From Dipteris shenzhenensis (Eukaryota): a stretch of DNA of 64,000 bases. This document shows positions 39,301-51,500 of this stretch, in pieces. Positions within the stretch are counted from its first letter, which is position 1; each line of letters opens with the position of its first letter. Below the pieces are notes generated by a model that did not search any database, was not told the origin of the DNA, and was given only the letters and a program-made list of their open reading frames with translations. The translations under genes were made by a program, and so were the position numbers. The DNA lies in the NCBI GenBank assembly GCA_047967505.1, contig CM106538.1. One strand, given 5' to 3'.

Positions 39301-39960
39301 CATACAAAGAGGAAATGCTCCAGAGATTTCCTGATTGGAAGCCCTCTTGGAAGGAACACACTACTGTTGTAATTAGCAAGACTACCAATTGATAAAGGAC
39401 CTTGTAAAAATGCAAGAAGATGATATTAAGGTAGAACGGTCTTTATTTTGGCCAAATGTTGGTAATGACTTGCATCTAGCATGTGGTCTCTTTGAAAATG
39501 AGTTTGACTCGCTACTCCCACGTCCATATTATGACCCAAGAAGAGAGTTTATGCCACAAATAGACATAGACGTCCATTGTTTTGTTGTAGTTCTTTGTTG
39601 GAGTTCGACCATCGGATGATGAACATGAGAACGTGAAGTTTTGGGTTGCGAAAGTAGTTGACGTGAGCATGGATGACCGGGGGAGAGCTACAACATTTAC
39701 AGCGGTATGGTATGAGCCAAGGGGTAGGAAGGAGAACCAAGATAACAATACATTGTATAGTAGTTGTTTGAAAAAGGAATGGGTCCCAAACCATGATGCA
39801 ATTTCAAGACTTTCCACAGAGACAGTCATAGTATCCTGGAAATCAAGGTGAAAGAAAACAAAGAAGCACATGGGGTATGATGTAGAAGACAAAATAAAAA
39901 ATTACCGCAACCAATTATTTTGCACATTAAAGAGTTCATAAAGATGCTCACCTAGGAGGA
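36351..39960 (+). pseudogene. Decayed DNA transposase 2, Sola-like / DUF7869-type, homologous to transposase 1
   Basis: Two N-terminal Transposase_23-like domains (VVAFATVHESDPNSICHFRRLG...FIAWD), SKCNDC, YMCIIVDGMDQ..T.LP, ADNC, FLLVGHTH.YIDQVFS, C-terminal FWVAKVV...AVWYEP. Branch point CTAAT and acceptor TTACAG (36321) precede the ATG. Confidence 0.82.
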
Positions 39961-40528
39961 AGTAGAAGGAGATAGCGCAAATGAAGAATGCCCATGATAA
40001 CACCATTCAAATATCGAGAAAGAGTGAAGGTGGTGGTGGTAGTCAGATGAGAGTGCATGAAGATGGCACCCAAGTGACAAGTGACAATAGAAAGGACATT
40101 TTGAACAAGCAAATGTTTGGATCACTCATTTTTGTGATGATAGAAAAGGACATTCAAACAAGCAAATGTTTGGATCACCCATTTGTACTAAACTCACTGT
40201 AAAGGAAAAAGTAAATTATTGAAAAGGCCATAGGAGATCCTTTGTACAAAGACTCATCAAGAGCAATATTTGTTGTAAAACTTATGATATGATAATGTAA
40301 AATTGCAAGCATAGCTATTGCTATTTTTTGGAGTATAAAAGAGGCTTCCATCATGTCTTATGTCTATATAAACCTTTTAATTTCTTGAATATTCAAGAGT
40401 GTTATAGTTTTCTGCATTGAAAGTAAAAAGAGTCTTGCAGGTCTCTTATGTATACATTTTTAAAATGTTGTGAATCCTCAATAGCATGGTTTTTCATGGA
40501 TTTAAACTAATAACTCGGATTTTTTAAT

Positions 40529-40656
40529 TTAAGAATACGATTCTTATAAACAAAAAATACAAATTCAGGATTTAATAGTAGTTTTTGCATTATTAAGAAT
40601 ACGATTCTTATAAACAAGAAATACAAATTTAGGATTTAATAGTAGTTTTTGCATTA
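40529..40656. repeat. Tandem duplication, 2 x 64 bp, each with the hairpin TAAGAAT-ACG-ATTCTTA
   Basis: Direct sequence comparison. Confidence 0.85.
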
Positions 40657-43600
40657 TTAGTACAACATTGTAGAGATATTTTGAAATGTATTATGTGGAA
40701 ATGATAGTGCCAGAAAGTAAACTTTTGATTCTCGAATGACATTTTCATAAAGTGAACTTTTCATTTGGGAAGGATTTTAAGGAATACTTGTAATTAGTTT
40801 GTATTAATACATCAAATGTCAAATATTCTTTTTTGGTTGCAAGTAATACTTGAGTTAAGAGCTTTGTAATATCTGATATGCTTTATTACAACGAATAATT
40901 CTATTGGAGGAAACTAGATTTGTAAATTGCCATGTTTGGTGAAATGAATAACTTTCCATAGTCGCCGATTGCTCTCTCCTAGGGTTTCAAGACCCATGGT
41001 CCTTTCTTTAATTACAAGTTGAGACTGGTGGCGTGCAACTATTTCATCCACAGTCGTGTCTACACTTGCGGCTATCTGACCACCCAAGACAGCAATCACC
41101 GTTGCTACTCCCAGACCCTTGCACTTTCCAATTTGTCTTTGAGGGTTGCCTAGGAAATGTTTGCGCATATGAGTTCCTAAACCCTTGTACTCGTTGTGGT
41201 AGATGTTACATCTCCACTTTGAGGCAGTTATGAGTGTAACATAGTCTCAAGCTTTTGCAAGGTTTTGGCCTCATTTCTCTGGAGCCATGCTCACATACTC
41301 TATATGCACATACTAATAAATCAATAATGTGCAAAATTGTCAATTGCCGTTGCATGGACAAAAATGTAAATATGTATTTTAGGTTGCATGCTGATGGGTA
41401 GGTGCATAGCTATGTACATAGCTAGTTGATGGAGGAAATGAGCTATGGATACTCTCATAAAGACTCTACACAGATGTACAGATGGTAGATACTTCTACAA
41501 AGACTTCTAGAAGATGATGAAAAGTAGTGTGGTTGTAGCAGACACTCCAGAGCAATTGATGTGGGATGACATGCCTTTCATTGTTGTCCTGTGTCCTGTG
41601 TTTATAATGTCATGAGTGTTTTTCCTTTTGTATTGAGTCATGTGAACTTCCCATGAGTCAAGATGGTTTGGTGTAAAGAGATTAGTAGAGGCATGCAAGT
41701 GGTTGAATTCCTATCTAGAACCATGTGTGCATTAAGTCTAAAGTTTGGAAATAAGCATTTAAAGCTTGGTGTATGAATTGGGAGAAAATCTTTGGGAGTG
41801 GTAAAAATCAAGCATGAGGTGGCTACTAGAAGTGACGTGGCTTGTATTAAGAAAAGCATGCATGCATGCTACATAAGGAAAAAAAAGAGACTTTTGGTGG
41901 ATGAGCTGGCAAGTATGCGTGATCATAGCAACCAAGAAAAAAGGAGCTCCTCATTGTGGAGCGGAGGCGCATACGAGATCTAGAGGAGGTGGGAGGAGGG
42001 AGAGATGAGGTGGGAGGCTTGGAAGGAGGAGAGGAGAGGTGACGCTTCTACAAGAGCAGGGGACCTTGGATGAAGAGGAGCTGGGGAAGTGGAACCGTGA
42101 GTGGGAGAAGGAGTTTATGAGCACACAGAGGATCATCACAAGAAGAAGGAGCTACTGGGGAACTTCTAGAGGGGGATCACGCTGCCCAACCGGGGATCTC
42201 AGAGGGCAAAGAGGAGCTCTAGAAGAGAGCACAGGTCATTGCTGAGTGGCTAGAAGGAGCTCAGAAGCGGGGGCTAGGATTGCACAGAGAAGGGAAAGCG
42301 ACTGGGGACTATGGGTTTGGGCAACTCTATGGGGGTTCAGAGGTTGCAAATATATGAAGGAAGGGAGCGCGCATTGTGACTGAGTAGGTAAGGAGGAGCT
42401 TAGGAGTGCAAGGGGCAGATATGCACGTCGTCACTAGAGGCCTGAAGGGAGGTCAAGGGTGACATAGATAGAGGACACCATAGACAAAGTGGAACGCTTG
42501 GAAGGTGGAGAGGAGAACCGTGAGCTAGGGAGGTCAGTCGTTGCTCTATGGAAAGCTTGGTTGGAAAGGCTTCTGTGCAAGAAGGAGTAGATAGAAAGAT
42601 AGGACAAATAGAAGATATGGGTTGATGATTTGGGGGTACGCATTCAATTTAGAGCTAACTGTAGGAAGATTATGGCTAAGCAAATGCCTATTGATTTTGA
42701 GAGACCTTAGCTCTGGAGGTTCCCAGAGATGACGACCTGTTGTAGTTGAATGAGCAGGGTTTTTTGCTGAAGGGTGGCTGTTGTATGTACTGTTATGGAT
42801 AAATTTGACCAAACTAAAAGGCATAAATATGTGTGTGTGCTTGTATGTGTGGCAATAGTATAATAAAATATGGTGTGCATAAGGCACCCAGGGTTGAGGT
42901 GGCAGGGCATGACCATGTGCCACCCTTCCATGTAAGAAGACCCATAAGGTGTATTATACATAATCCATGGTAGTAATAATATAAAATGATAAGGTGGCAT
43001 GGGTCCTCCATGCACTACCCCTCCACCTAGGTGGTCCCATGCCTGCATTTAGTGAGATGTGGCCCAAGGACCATGGGAGAAGTAATATAAAATAGGTGGA
43101 GATAGATATTATATTGGATTATTTTCTCCATGTAGGATAGGCCCATGTGGGGGGGGGGCATAGAAAGTCTAAGAATGCAAGTTAAATAATGGGAAAGTAG
43201 GATGAGGTGGCAAGATTCCTTGTGCCAACCCTCCACTTGTCCTCCTAGATGTTTGAACGTATTATAAAATTGGAAAGAGACCAAGGGAGTATCTTAGACT
43301 TGGGATGTGGGGGTTGATGTATGTGGAAAAATGAGGCAAAGGGTTGTCGCACACAATTGAGAGTGCATAACCACCTAGCCCACATGGGACACTCTTCCAC
43401 ACACACCATGCATGTGGGAGGATGCATTTATTGGGAGAGACCCCCTCTCTTGGCTATAAAAGGAGGGGGCTATTCCTTGATGGAACACACTCATTCCTGT
43501 AAAGCCACCTAGCTAGTACTTTGATTTCTTCCCCCCATCTTTCCTTTCAAATAAAGCATGACCCTCCTCCCTTGATGTCTCCATCTCTACATTCCTCATC

Positions 43601-43801
43601 CCATCATGTACATGCTCCTCTTCCCCCTCTCCCTTCCCCCTTCTGGCATAGTCCCTCTCTTCATTGCCACCCCTCTTAATCCTTTTTCCCCACCTATGTT
43701 AATGCTTCTTCCCTCACGTTCCCTTTTCCTCTATGGCCCTCGAGCGTCGCCATGCCTTGCGTCTAGTATCATGCCTCGAATTCTTTCCTAGTTAATAGAA
43801 T

Positions 43802-43819
43802 TGGTGTGGCTGTTGGGAT
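43802..43819 (+). promoter_or_regulatory. Primer-binding site complementary to tRNA-His
   Basis: TGGTGTGGCTGTTGGGAT matches the complement of the plant tRNA-His(GUG) 3' end as I recall it (TGGTGTGGCTGCTGGGAT), with one G:U-compatible change. It directly follows the LTR end. Confidence 0.7.
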
Positions 43820-45219
43820 CAAAATCTCCATGGCTAGTGGTGTAAGATTCATTACTCCTATGGTTGGGTGTAGTTCTGTAGCACCTTCCATGTGCGGTTC
43901 TTTGCTTCTGTGCCTCCAATCTACGTATCTTCTGTTCGTAGTTCTTCGTCTCTGTGGCTTCAAAACTTCTTCGTTTTTACACCTTTAGCTTGCGGTTCTT
44001 GTGCATCTTCTAGGTTCCTGCATAGCGCAATGCATCTTCTAGTCGATCACACTTGTAAAACCACTCATGCGTATCTACAACACCTACACGTCCCTTGGTT
44101 GTAGCTAGTGCATCTGCGCATTGCAGATAGATCACGAATCATGACTGTTTTCTGAGTTTCTGCATCTTCTAGTGCATCTACGCATCGGGACTGCTTTCCT
44201 GGATTCCTGCATCTTTTCGCGCACCTGCGCATCGCGGACAGACTTTTCGGGCTCCTGCAAAAGATCTCGCGCCCCTCTTCCTCTTCTCTTCTCCTCTCCT
44301 CTCCTCTCTTTCTATTAAGGAGTGGGAATTGAACCCAAGACCTCCCCATTTACAAAATGAAGACTTATCAATGGGCCAACAAATAGGAAGTGATGAAAGT
44401 GTAAAGATATTGCTTATATGGTGAAATCTCATGAACTATAACTCTCTAACCGGAGGGAGTTTCCTCTTGTTGTAAAAAGCAAAAGTACTTCATTTCATGT
44501 GCTCTATTCATATTTGATACTAGATCATAGATTTTGAACTTTTTCAAGTTCACTCCTTGGATGCACGCCACACGAGGAGGGTGGATATTTATGTCACTTC
44601 AGTTCAAGGATTTGGTACTTGGTCCTCTGCTCATTACGGCTACCAATTGGTGAGATATCTTTATTGATCTTCATGTCGATCTTCAACAACTGATTGTACA
44701 ATGCATTGTTCAAGGAGATGACGGGTGGGATGATACACCGTGGGTGATTCAAGGTGAAGAATTAGTGATACACTGGGAGGATTTTGATTTCAATTCTACT
44801 CATTGTGTGGTGATTGAGCTACTTGCTGCATTGGAGGTAATTAAAAGGGTGACATTCTTCGAAGGTTGGGATGCTCCCTAAGCTTGGGGGAAGATTTGGC
44901 GCATCTGCTTATTAATTCCTATGGATAAGCTCGTCTTGAATGATTTCTTCTCGATCTCATTACAAAGATTTCTAGGGCTCGGCTATGGTTGGTAATGTTT
45001 CGACCAAGGAATCCCTTTGTACCTAATCAACCTTTTGTGCCTCATTTTGAGCTTCAAGTTGTAATTCTTTTTGGTCTAAAGATAACTATTAACAAAGGAT
45101 TGCAAGTTTATTTGGTGCTAAATGTCTTGCTCAAGTATTGAATTCTCCCCACCCTCTCCTTTTGCCTATCTTGGACTACTGAGAAACCTAGAATATCCGG
45201 ATTTTAGTCTTGGTGTGAT

Positions 45220-45730
45220 GACATCTTGGCTTCTCCAATTTGACGACGCATATAAACCTTCGACCAAGGCTATTGGTGTGGGTGTGAAGCTCACTTCACC
45301 AAGGGGTGAGGTGTATTGTTATAGCAAGTCTACACCAACAAGTACTTGCAACCAAGCTGAGTACTTGACACTCATTTTTGGGCTACAAAAGGTGCAATAA
45401 CATCGCATCAAGCAACTTACTTGAGGTGCAAGGAGATTCTCGACTCATGTGTAAACAAGTTAGTGGAAGGTGGAAGGTGCGGAGCGAAGGCTTGGTTCCA
45501 TGACATCAACAAGCATTGGAACTTTGCCAACAATTTGAAGAGGTAAAAATTCAGCATATCCCTTGAGCTCAAAATATAGTTGCTGATTTCTTAGCACGTG
45601 AAGCTTGTACTTCAATCACGCATGAAGCGAGTGGAAGCACCGCCCAACCAAAGCCGCAAGCCACGAAGGAGGGTGATCATTTGTAAGGAATGCAAAGGTT
45701 GTGGTCATCATGAAACTAAGTGTTGGGCAT
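45220..45730 (+). pseudogene. Archaeal-type RNase H (RVT_3-like) plus CCHC knuckle in the 5' leader of Gypsy E
   Basis: WLLQFDDA...GVGV...TCNQAEY..LIFGL...VQGDSRLMCKQVSG.WKV...IQHIP..QN.VADFLAREA, followed by CKECKGCGHHETKC. Confidence 0.85.
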
Positions 45731-45881
45731 ATTTGATATGGGTTTACCGACTTCGAAAGATCATCAGAAAGGTCCTCAAGGACATTGCTCAAAAGAAGGA
45801 TGCCAGACCACAGTCCCCTTGAAGAAATAGCATGGTGATTACAAGAACCGGAAGAAGTTGAAGGTGATATGCAAGCTCTCC

Positions 45882-48199
45882 TATAGAATCTCGTGGGATA
45901 GAATAGATGCATCTTGGAAGAGGAGTGAGAGCACAAGATTAAAACAAAATGTAGTTCTCTATTATAGATTGTGAGAGAGGTGTCTCTCTATTATAGAAAG
46001 GGGGAGAAGGTAGCACCTTCCCTACATGAGTGGCAATCAGCCCCTACATCAGTGGGAATCAGTCCCTACATCAGTGGGACTAGCCTAAATCAAAGGAACC
46101 TCCCATGTGTGGGCCTTTGGCTTACATCATCACTTAGGTCACACACTAGACACATCATAGCACTTGATGTGCCTTTACAACACACAAAAACACACATGTG
46201 ACTCCCCTAGATGCACACATGCACCATAGAGCAAGCCCTTGATCACACTTATCCCAACATACCCTCCCTCAAGGGTTTGCCTCTTGTAGTGTCAAGGATA
46301 CATCTAGTCTCATAGTTTCTCATGCCATCTCATGGTGGTCAAGGATAAATCTATGGCTGGGATCTCATGCTAGCAAGGGTTTCCAAGGGTGTGAGGTTCA
46401 CAAAAATGGGATAGACAAAACAAATATCACATGGCCTACATCATATGGTGACCAGAGGTTGATTTACAAAAGACAAAACATATGATATTCTTTTTGGAGT
46501 ACTACTCCAGGCAGAGAACCTCAAAATTTGACCAAGTGATGATAAACAAAAAATTCAAAAGACAAAGTGCTCAAAAAGCATATTCTTCAAAGTTAGATTC
46601 TTCATTTGCTGATGGAGTTCTTCCTTCAGCCAGATTTGCTTTGTTGTTGAAGTAGCCCTTCTTCATAAGAAATGCTTGATTCTCTTTGTTGTTCTTCATG
46701 GAATAACACATTCCCTTTTCCAATTGTAGGCAAAGGAACTTAATAAGCAAGATATATTTGAAGCATTTCCCTTGTGCACCAAATACTGTGAGATGATGAT
46801 CCCAAGCTTCATGTGAAGTTTCAAAGCCATCAATGTGGTGAATGTATGAGCCACTTAATCCCAAAGCAATGATAGCAAGGGCCTTCTTGTCTTTGATCAA
46901 CCAATTAGCTTCTTCTTTTGTAGACTTCTTTTCCTTTCCATTCACAACATTCCATATCTCCTTTTTCATAAGCAAAGACTTAGCTTTCGTTTGCCAAGTA
47001 TGGAAACTAGTTCCATTAAACTTCTCTACTTGCTTGGGCTTAGTCATGTTTATAGTCCAAGTACTCATCAAAAGAGAATCACATAGTCATCATTCTAAAT
47101 GCAAATTATAAGGACACTTATGAGCTCCATGACTGAGTTCTACTACTCAAGTACAATCAAAGCAATGAAAGTTTGTAGTAAATAATGGAAGCCCCAAACT
47201 TATGGTGATTGCTCAACACCCTTTGACCAAAATATGCAGAATTCTGTCAACAGAGACCAGGGTAGATTGGAGGGTGCAATTCAAATAGATCATAGCTCTA
47301 TTCAAGGGGATTTTTATGCAGGAAGGAAGGCCTTATACCAGAGAAGGTCCTCCACCAAGGAAGCACGCAATGTTGCCCCAGGTCGCCATAGTTAAGCTTG
47401 GTAAAGTCGACTGGTCTTTTGTCTGTTGCACCTCCAAAACTTGACCAAATAGGCTCAGACTTCATCAGCAGCTTGCCTACAGTGTCGTCCAACTTGAGCT
47501 TAGAGCAATTTGCAAATGGGTAACCATAGAGGTGGCATTATGTGGTACATCGGTGAGTGAAGTTTGTGTCGGCATTGTGCGTATAGGTAACATCTCTCTA
47601 ATTGCTTGCAGCTGGAAGGTCATCCATACACGAGGAGTCTATAGCTCAACGGATTTGAACAATGGTCACGTATAATGGGAGAACTAAGCTCTCACAGATT
47701 TGGGGAAGAAAGAGGAAAATGGAGATGATGAGGAAGCTTTGACAAAACTAGTAGTTCATGCTAGAGAGAGCATCTAATGCTAGGCTAGGCTAGATCTAGA
47801 ACCTAAAGCTCTGATACCAAATGTAGAATCCTGTGGGATAGAATAGATGCATCTTGGAAGAGGAGTGAGAGCACAAGATGAAACCAAAATGTAGTTCTCT
47901 ATTATAGATTGTGAGAGAGGTGTCTCTCTCTTATAGAAAGGGGGAGAAGGTAGCACCTTCCCTACATAAGTGGCAATTAGCCCCTACATCAGTGGGAATC
48001 AGTCCCTACATCAGTGGGACAAGCCTAAATCAAAGGAACCTCCCATGTGGGGGCCTTTGGCTTACATAATCACTTAGGTCACACACTAGACACATCATAG
48101 CACTTGATGTGCCTTTACAACACACACAAACACACATGTGACTCCCCTAGATGCACACATGCACCATAGAGCAAGCCCTTGATCACACTTATCCCAACA
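45882..48199 (-). mobile_element. Non-autonomous gag-only LTR element 2 (TR-GAG-like), nested in Gypsy E
   Basis: 378-bp LTRs (45882-46259, 47822-48199), TSD TCTCC/TCTAC, iMet PBS near 47808-47819, PPT near 46261-46272. Copia-type gag ORF 47071-46571 (EKFNGTSFHTW...NFEEYAF). No pol. Confidence 0.92.
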
Positions 48200-48514
48200 T
48201 CTACAACTGTTGACATTTGTCATGGCATTCTTGTTTGCCTTGATGAACAAGCTCATGTAGTGCCGTGTCTCTAACCCTTGCTTGTAAAGATGGATGCAAT
48301 ATCATGAGGGTTTGTCCTTTTAAGATTATCTACGAGCTATTCTATGCTGAAGATTCTTCGCGTGTAGTATTTCACAATACACCAGTCACACCCTACCCTG
48401 CCTATATGTGCTTTGTGGATGTATCTTCACCTGATATTCAGTTCAAGCTACCTCTTTCCATTGTTTGCCCATAAATAAGCCTCATTTTGTCTCTCTCTTT
48501 TCCATTTTCCAAGC

Positions 48515-51500
48515 ATGGCTGACATTCCCGTGTTCTGTGGATGGGTTGAAGAAAATCCAAATGAGTATCTTGTGGCCTTCAAGCGCAGTTGTGTTTCTCT
48601 CAACTTTCTTACAGAAGATAGATGGCTGTTGGTTCTTCCCACATTTCTAGAGGGTTTGTGGCTCAAGTGTGGTATGAGAAGTAGGCCGATGACATTCGCC
48701 AAAGCAGGCCAAGGTTGACAGCAGTGATGATTGAGTATTTTGACAAAGAAGAGGAGCAGGAGAATGTGTACCTGTAGGTGACAAACTTGAAGTAGTCAGA
48801 AGGTCAGATGGTGCATTGATATGTGGATCAAGTGGCCATGCTCCTAGACCCCGTTTACTTGCCACGTAGGAGGACAATGCCAGATTTTGAGCTTGAATGA
48901 ATCAGCATGTGATGGGCTACCTTGTAGTAGGAGCAAGTGATGAATTTTGCCTCAAGCTTAGATAGGTGAATTGAGAAACTATGGTGCTAGCACATGAGAT
49001 TGTTCAAAAGTTTGATAAAGTTCAGTCTGATCCCACTTCAAAGAAGACGATTGTCCCTTCGCAACCCCCTCAATTCTCACAACAACAACCTGGGGGGTCT
49101 ACTTTAGGGGCATACCCCCACCCCTCATCTGGGATGTATCCACCGCCTCCACCTCAAATGTTTGGTCCTCCGTTAGATGCTTACCCTCAACAAGGAGTAT
49201 ATCCTTAACCTCCGCCTAGAAGATTTCCCCAGCCTTGCCCACGAGCCCCCCTCCTTCCTACTCCCCCGGCCCCTCCTGCTAAAGAACCCGAAGTCAATGA
49301 CCTAGCCAAGGCCCTGAATGATCTTTGGCTTGAGATGGTGGGCATTAGAAATCAAGCCAATCACCCTCCAAGAGAACATGCCAATGTTTTGTGCTACGAG
49401 TGCCACCAGAAGGGTCATTATCACACGGAGTGTCCCAATATTCCAAGGGTGAATCTTATAAGTAAATCAGGCACTGAGGATTCTGAGTAGAGATCCTTGA
49501 CCTCGGGAAAAGAAGTCATACCACCTTGGACCCCTCTCCAAACCATGGACCCGAGCTGACCGCCCCAAGAAGAAGGTGTCCTTCTCAGAGCCCTCAGATG
49601 TTGAGATGGCAGAACCACCAATAGAGAAGACTAAAAGATCTCGTAGGAGTAAGTGGCCACCCTCGGATTTTTCCATCGGTCGGGGCAAGAGGACTATTTG
49701 GTCGTTCAGGACCGTGCTCATCAGTCTTTGAGCATCATGCTCCCTCAACTAATAGCATTAAGCCCTACGGTGAGACGTGAGCTGCAGCAAGGACTCTCAA
49801 CAAGGAGGAGTAAGAAAAGGGAAAGGTATGAGAGGTCTCTTCTATCTCTGAAGAAATTGATCGACACCCACATACAGTAGATGCCATCATAGATAATTGC
49901 CATGTCAAAAGTGTGTGTGTTGATGGGGGAGCTGCATGTAATATCATGGTGCCCCAAATCATGAAGAAATTGAATTTGAAATGCACAAGGTGTTCCTCCA
50001 CTCAAATCAAGGTAGTAGATGGTCGATGACTCACCACCCTGGGAGTCATTGAGGATTTGCCCATCACTCTCAACCGGTTGACCAGCACCATCAATTTCTA
50101 TGTAGTGGACATCGAAGACACAGGTAGGAGTTACCCAGCCATACTCGAGAGACCATGGTTGAGAAAGAGTGATGCAGTCAGCTATTGGAAGACAGGACAC
50201 ATGTCTTTTGGTGCTTCTAAGGAGAAGATCCTGGTGCAACCAGGTGCCACTGAACTAGAAGAAGAAGAGGAGTAAGACAGTGATACTCTCGCATCCTCGG
50301 TGTTTGAATCAATGGAAGAATCAGACAGGGGGGAGGAGTTCCTAGAGGAGGAAGTTTACATGATGGGGGTGTCTCCAACCCTGCCACCTGCAGAAAAGGT
50401 AACAACTAGTCCTCAACAACTTGAGTCTATGCTTTCCCCAGACCTCACTCCAAGTGAGAAAGACGAGTTCCTAGAAATGTTCAAAGATTTCCTTGACCTC
50501 TTCGCAACTAGCTATAGCCACCTTCGCCATGTGACTGCCATAGAGCACAAGATAGAGCTAAATCCTCTGATGCAAAGCCTGTGGCTCAGAAGTATCGGAG
50601 ATTAGGACCCCTACAAACCTATGCTTTGCACTCAGAGTTGTAGAAACATTTAGAAGTTGGGTTTATTGTTCCGGTTCACAAAAGAAACTAATTGCAACCA
50701 CCAAGAGGGACCATCATCCTCTTCCCTTTCAAGACCTCATTCTTGAGAAGGTAAGGGGTCATGAGATGTATACTTTCTGTGATGGTTACTTCGGGTTTTA
50801 TCAAATCAGAATTGTTGAGGAGGATGTGCTTAAAACCACATTTGCCACACCTTGGGGGACATTTGCATTCAAAGTAATGCCATTTGGCCTCACTAATGCT
50901 CCTGCTACCTTTCAAAGATTTATGCAGATGGTGTTTGCTCCTTATTTGGGGGTTTTCTTGGAGGTGTTTTTAGATGATTTATGTATACTCTCGGCACATA
51001 AGGAGCACGTCATGAAGGTTAGGTTGGCCTTCCAAAGGGTCAATGATGTGAATGGCAGCCTCAACCTCGATAAATGCACCATTGGAGCCACTCAAGGGAG
51101 GTTACTAGGACATATTGTCTCATCTGAGGGCGTCAAGCTTGACCCCGAGAAGGTAGAAGCTATCCTCAAGCTCTCCCCACCAACAACCAAACATCAGGTA
51201 TGCTCATTTGTCAATCTAGCAGGATACTATCATCACTTCATTCATCAATATGCTACTTTGATGCGACCCATGACTATGCTATTAAAAGATAAAGTTGATT
51301 TCTCTTGGGATGAGGATTGTGATCATGGGTTTGTACAAATCAAGAGTGATCTGGCTTCAAAACCCATTTTATGCAATCCTGATTGGTCAAAGACTTTCTA
51401 TATCAATCCTGGGTTTGGTGAGCACACTCTGGCGGGTATTCTTCTCCAGCAAGGGGAGGATCGGTTCATGTATCCCGTTCAATTTGCTTCTCGACAATTG

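Noticed and set aside
24104-40910. Possible TIR pair CCTCCACTAGCAATA / TAATTCTATTGGAGG bounding the two-gene cassette
   Set aside because: Only 12 of 15 positions match and there is no TSD; insufficient as termini.
41507-43791. Numerous short ORFs in Gypsy LTRs
   Set aside because: They lie in LTR sequence repeated at 53103-53725 and 57286-58832 and show no protein motifs.
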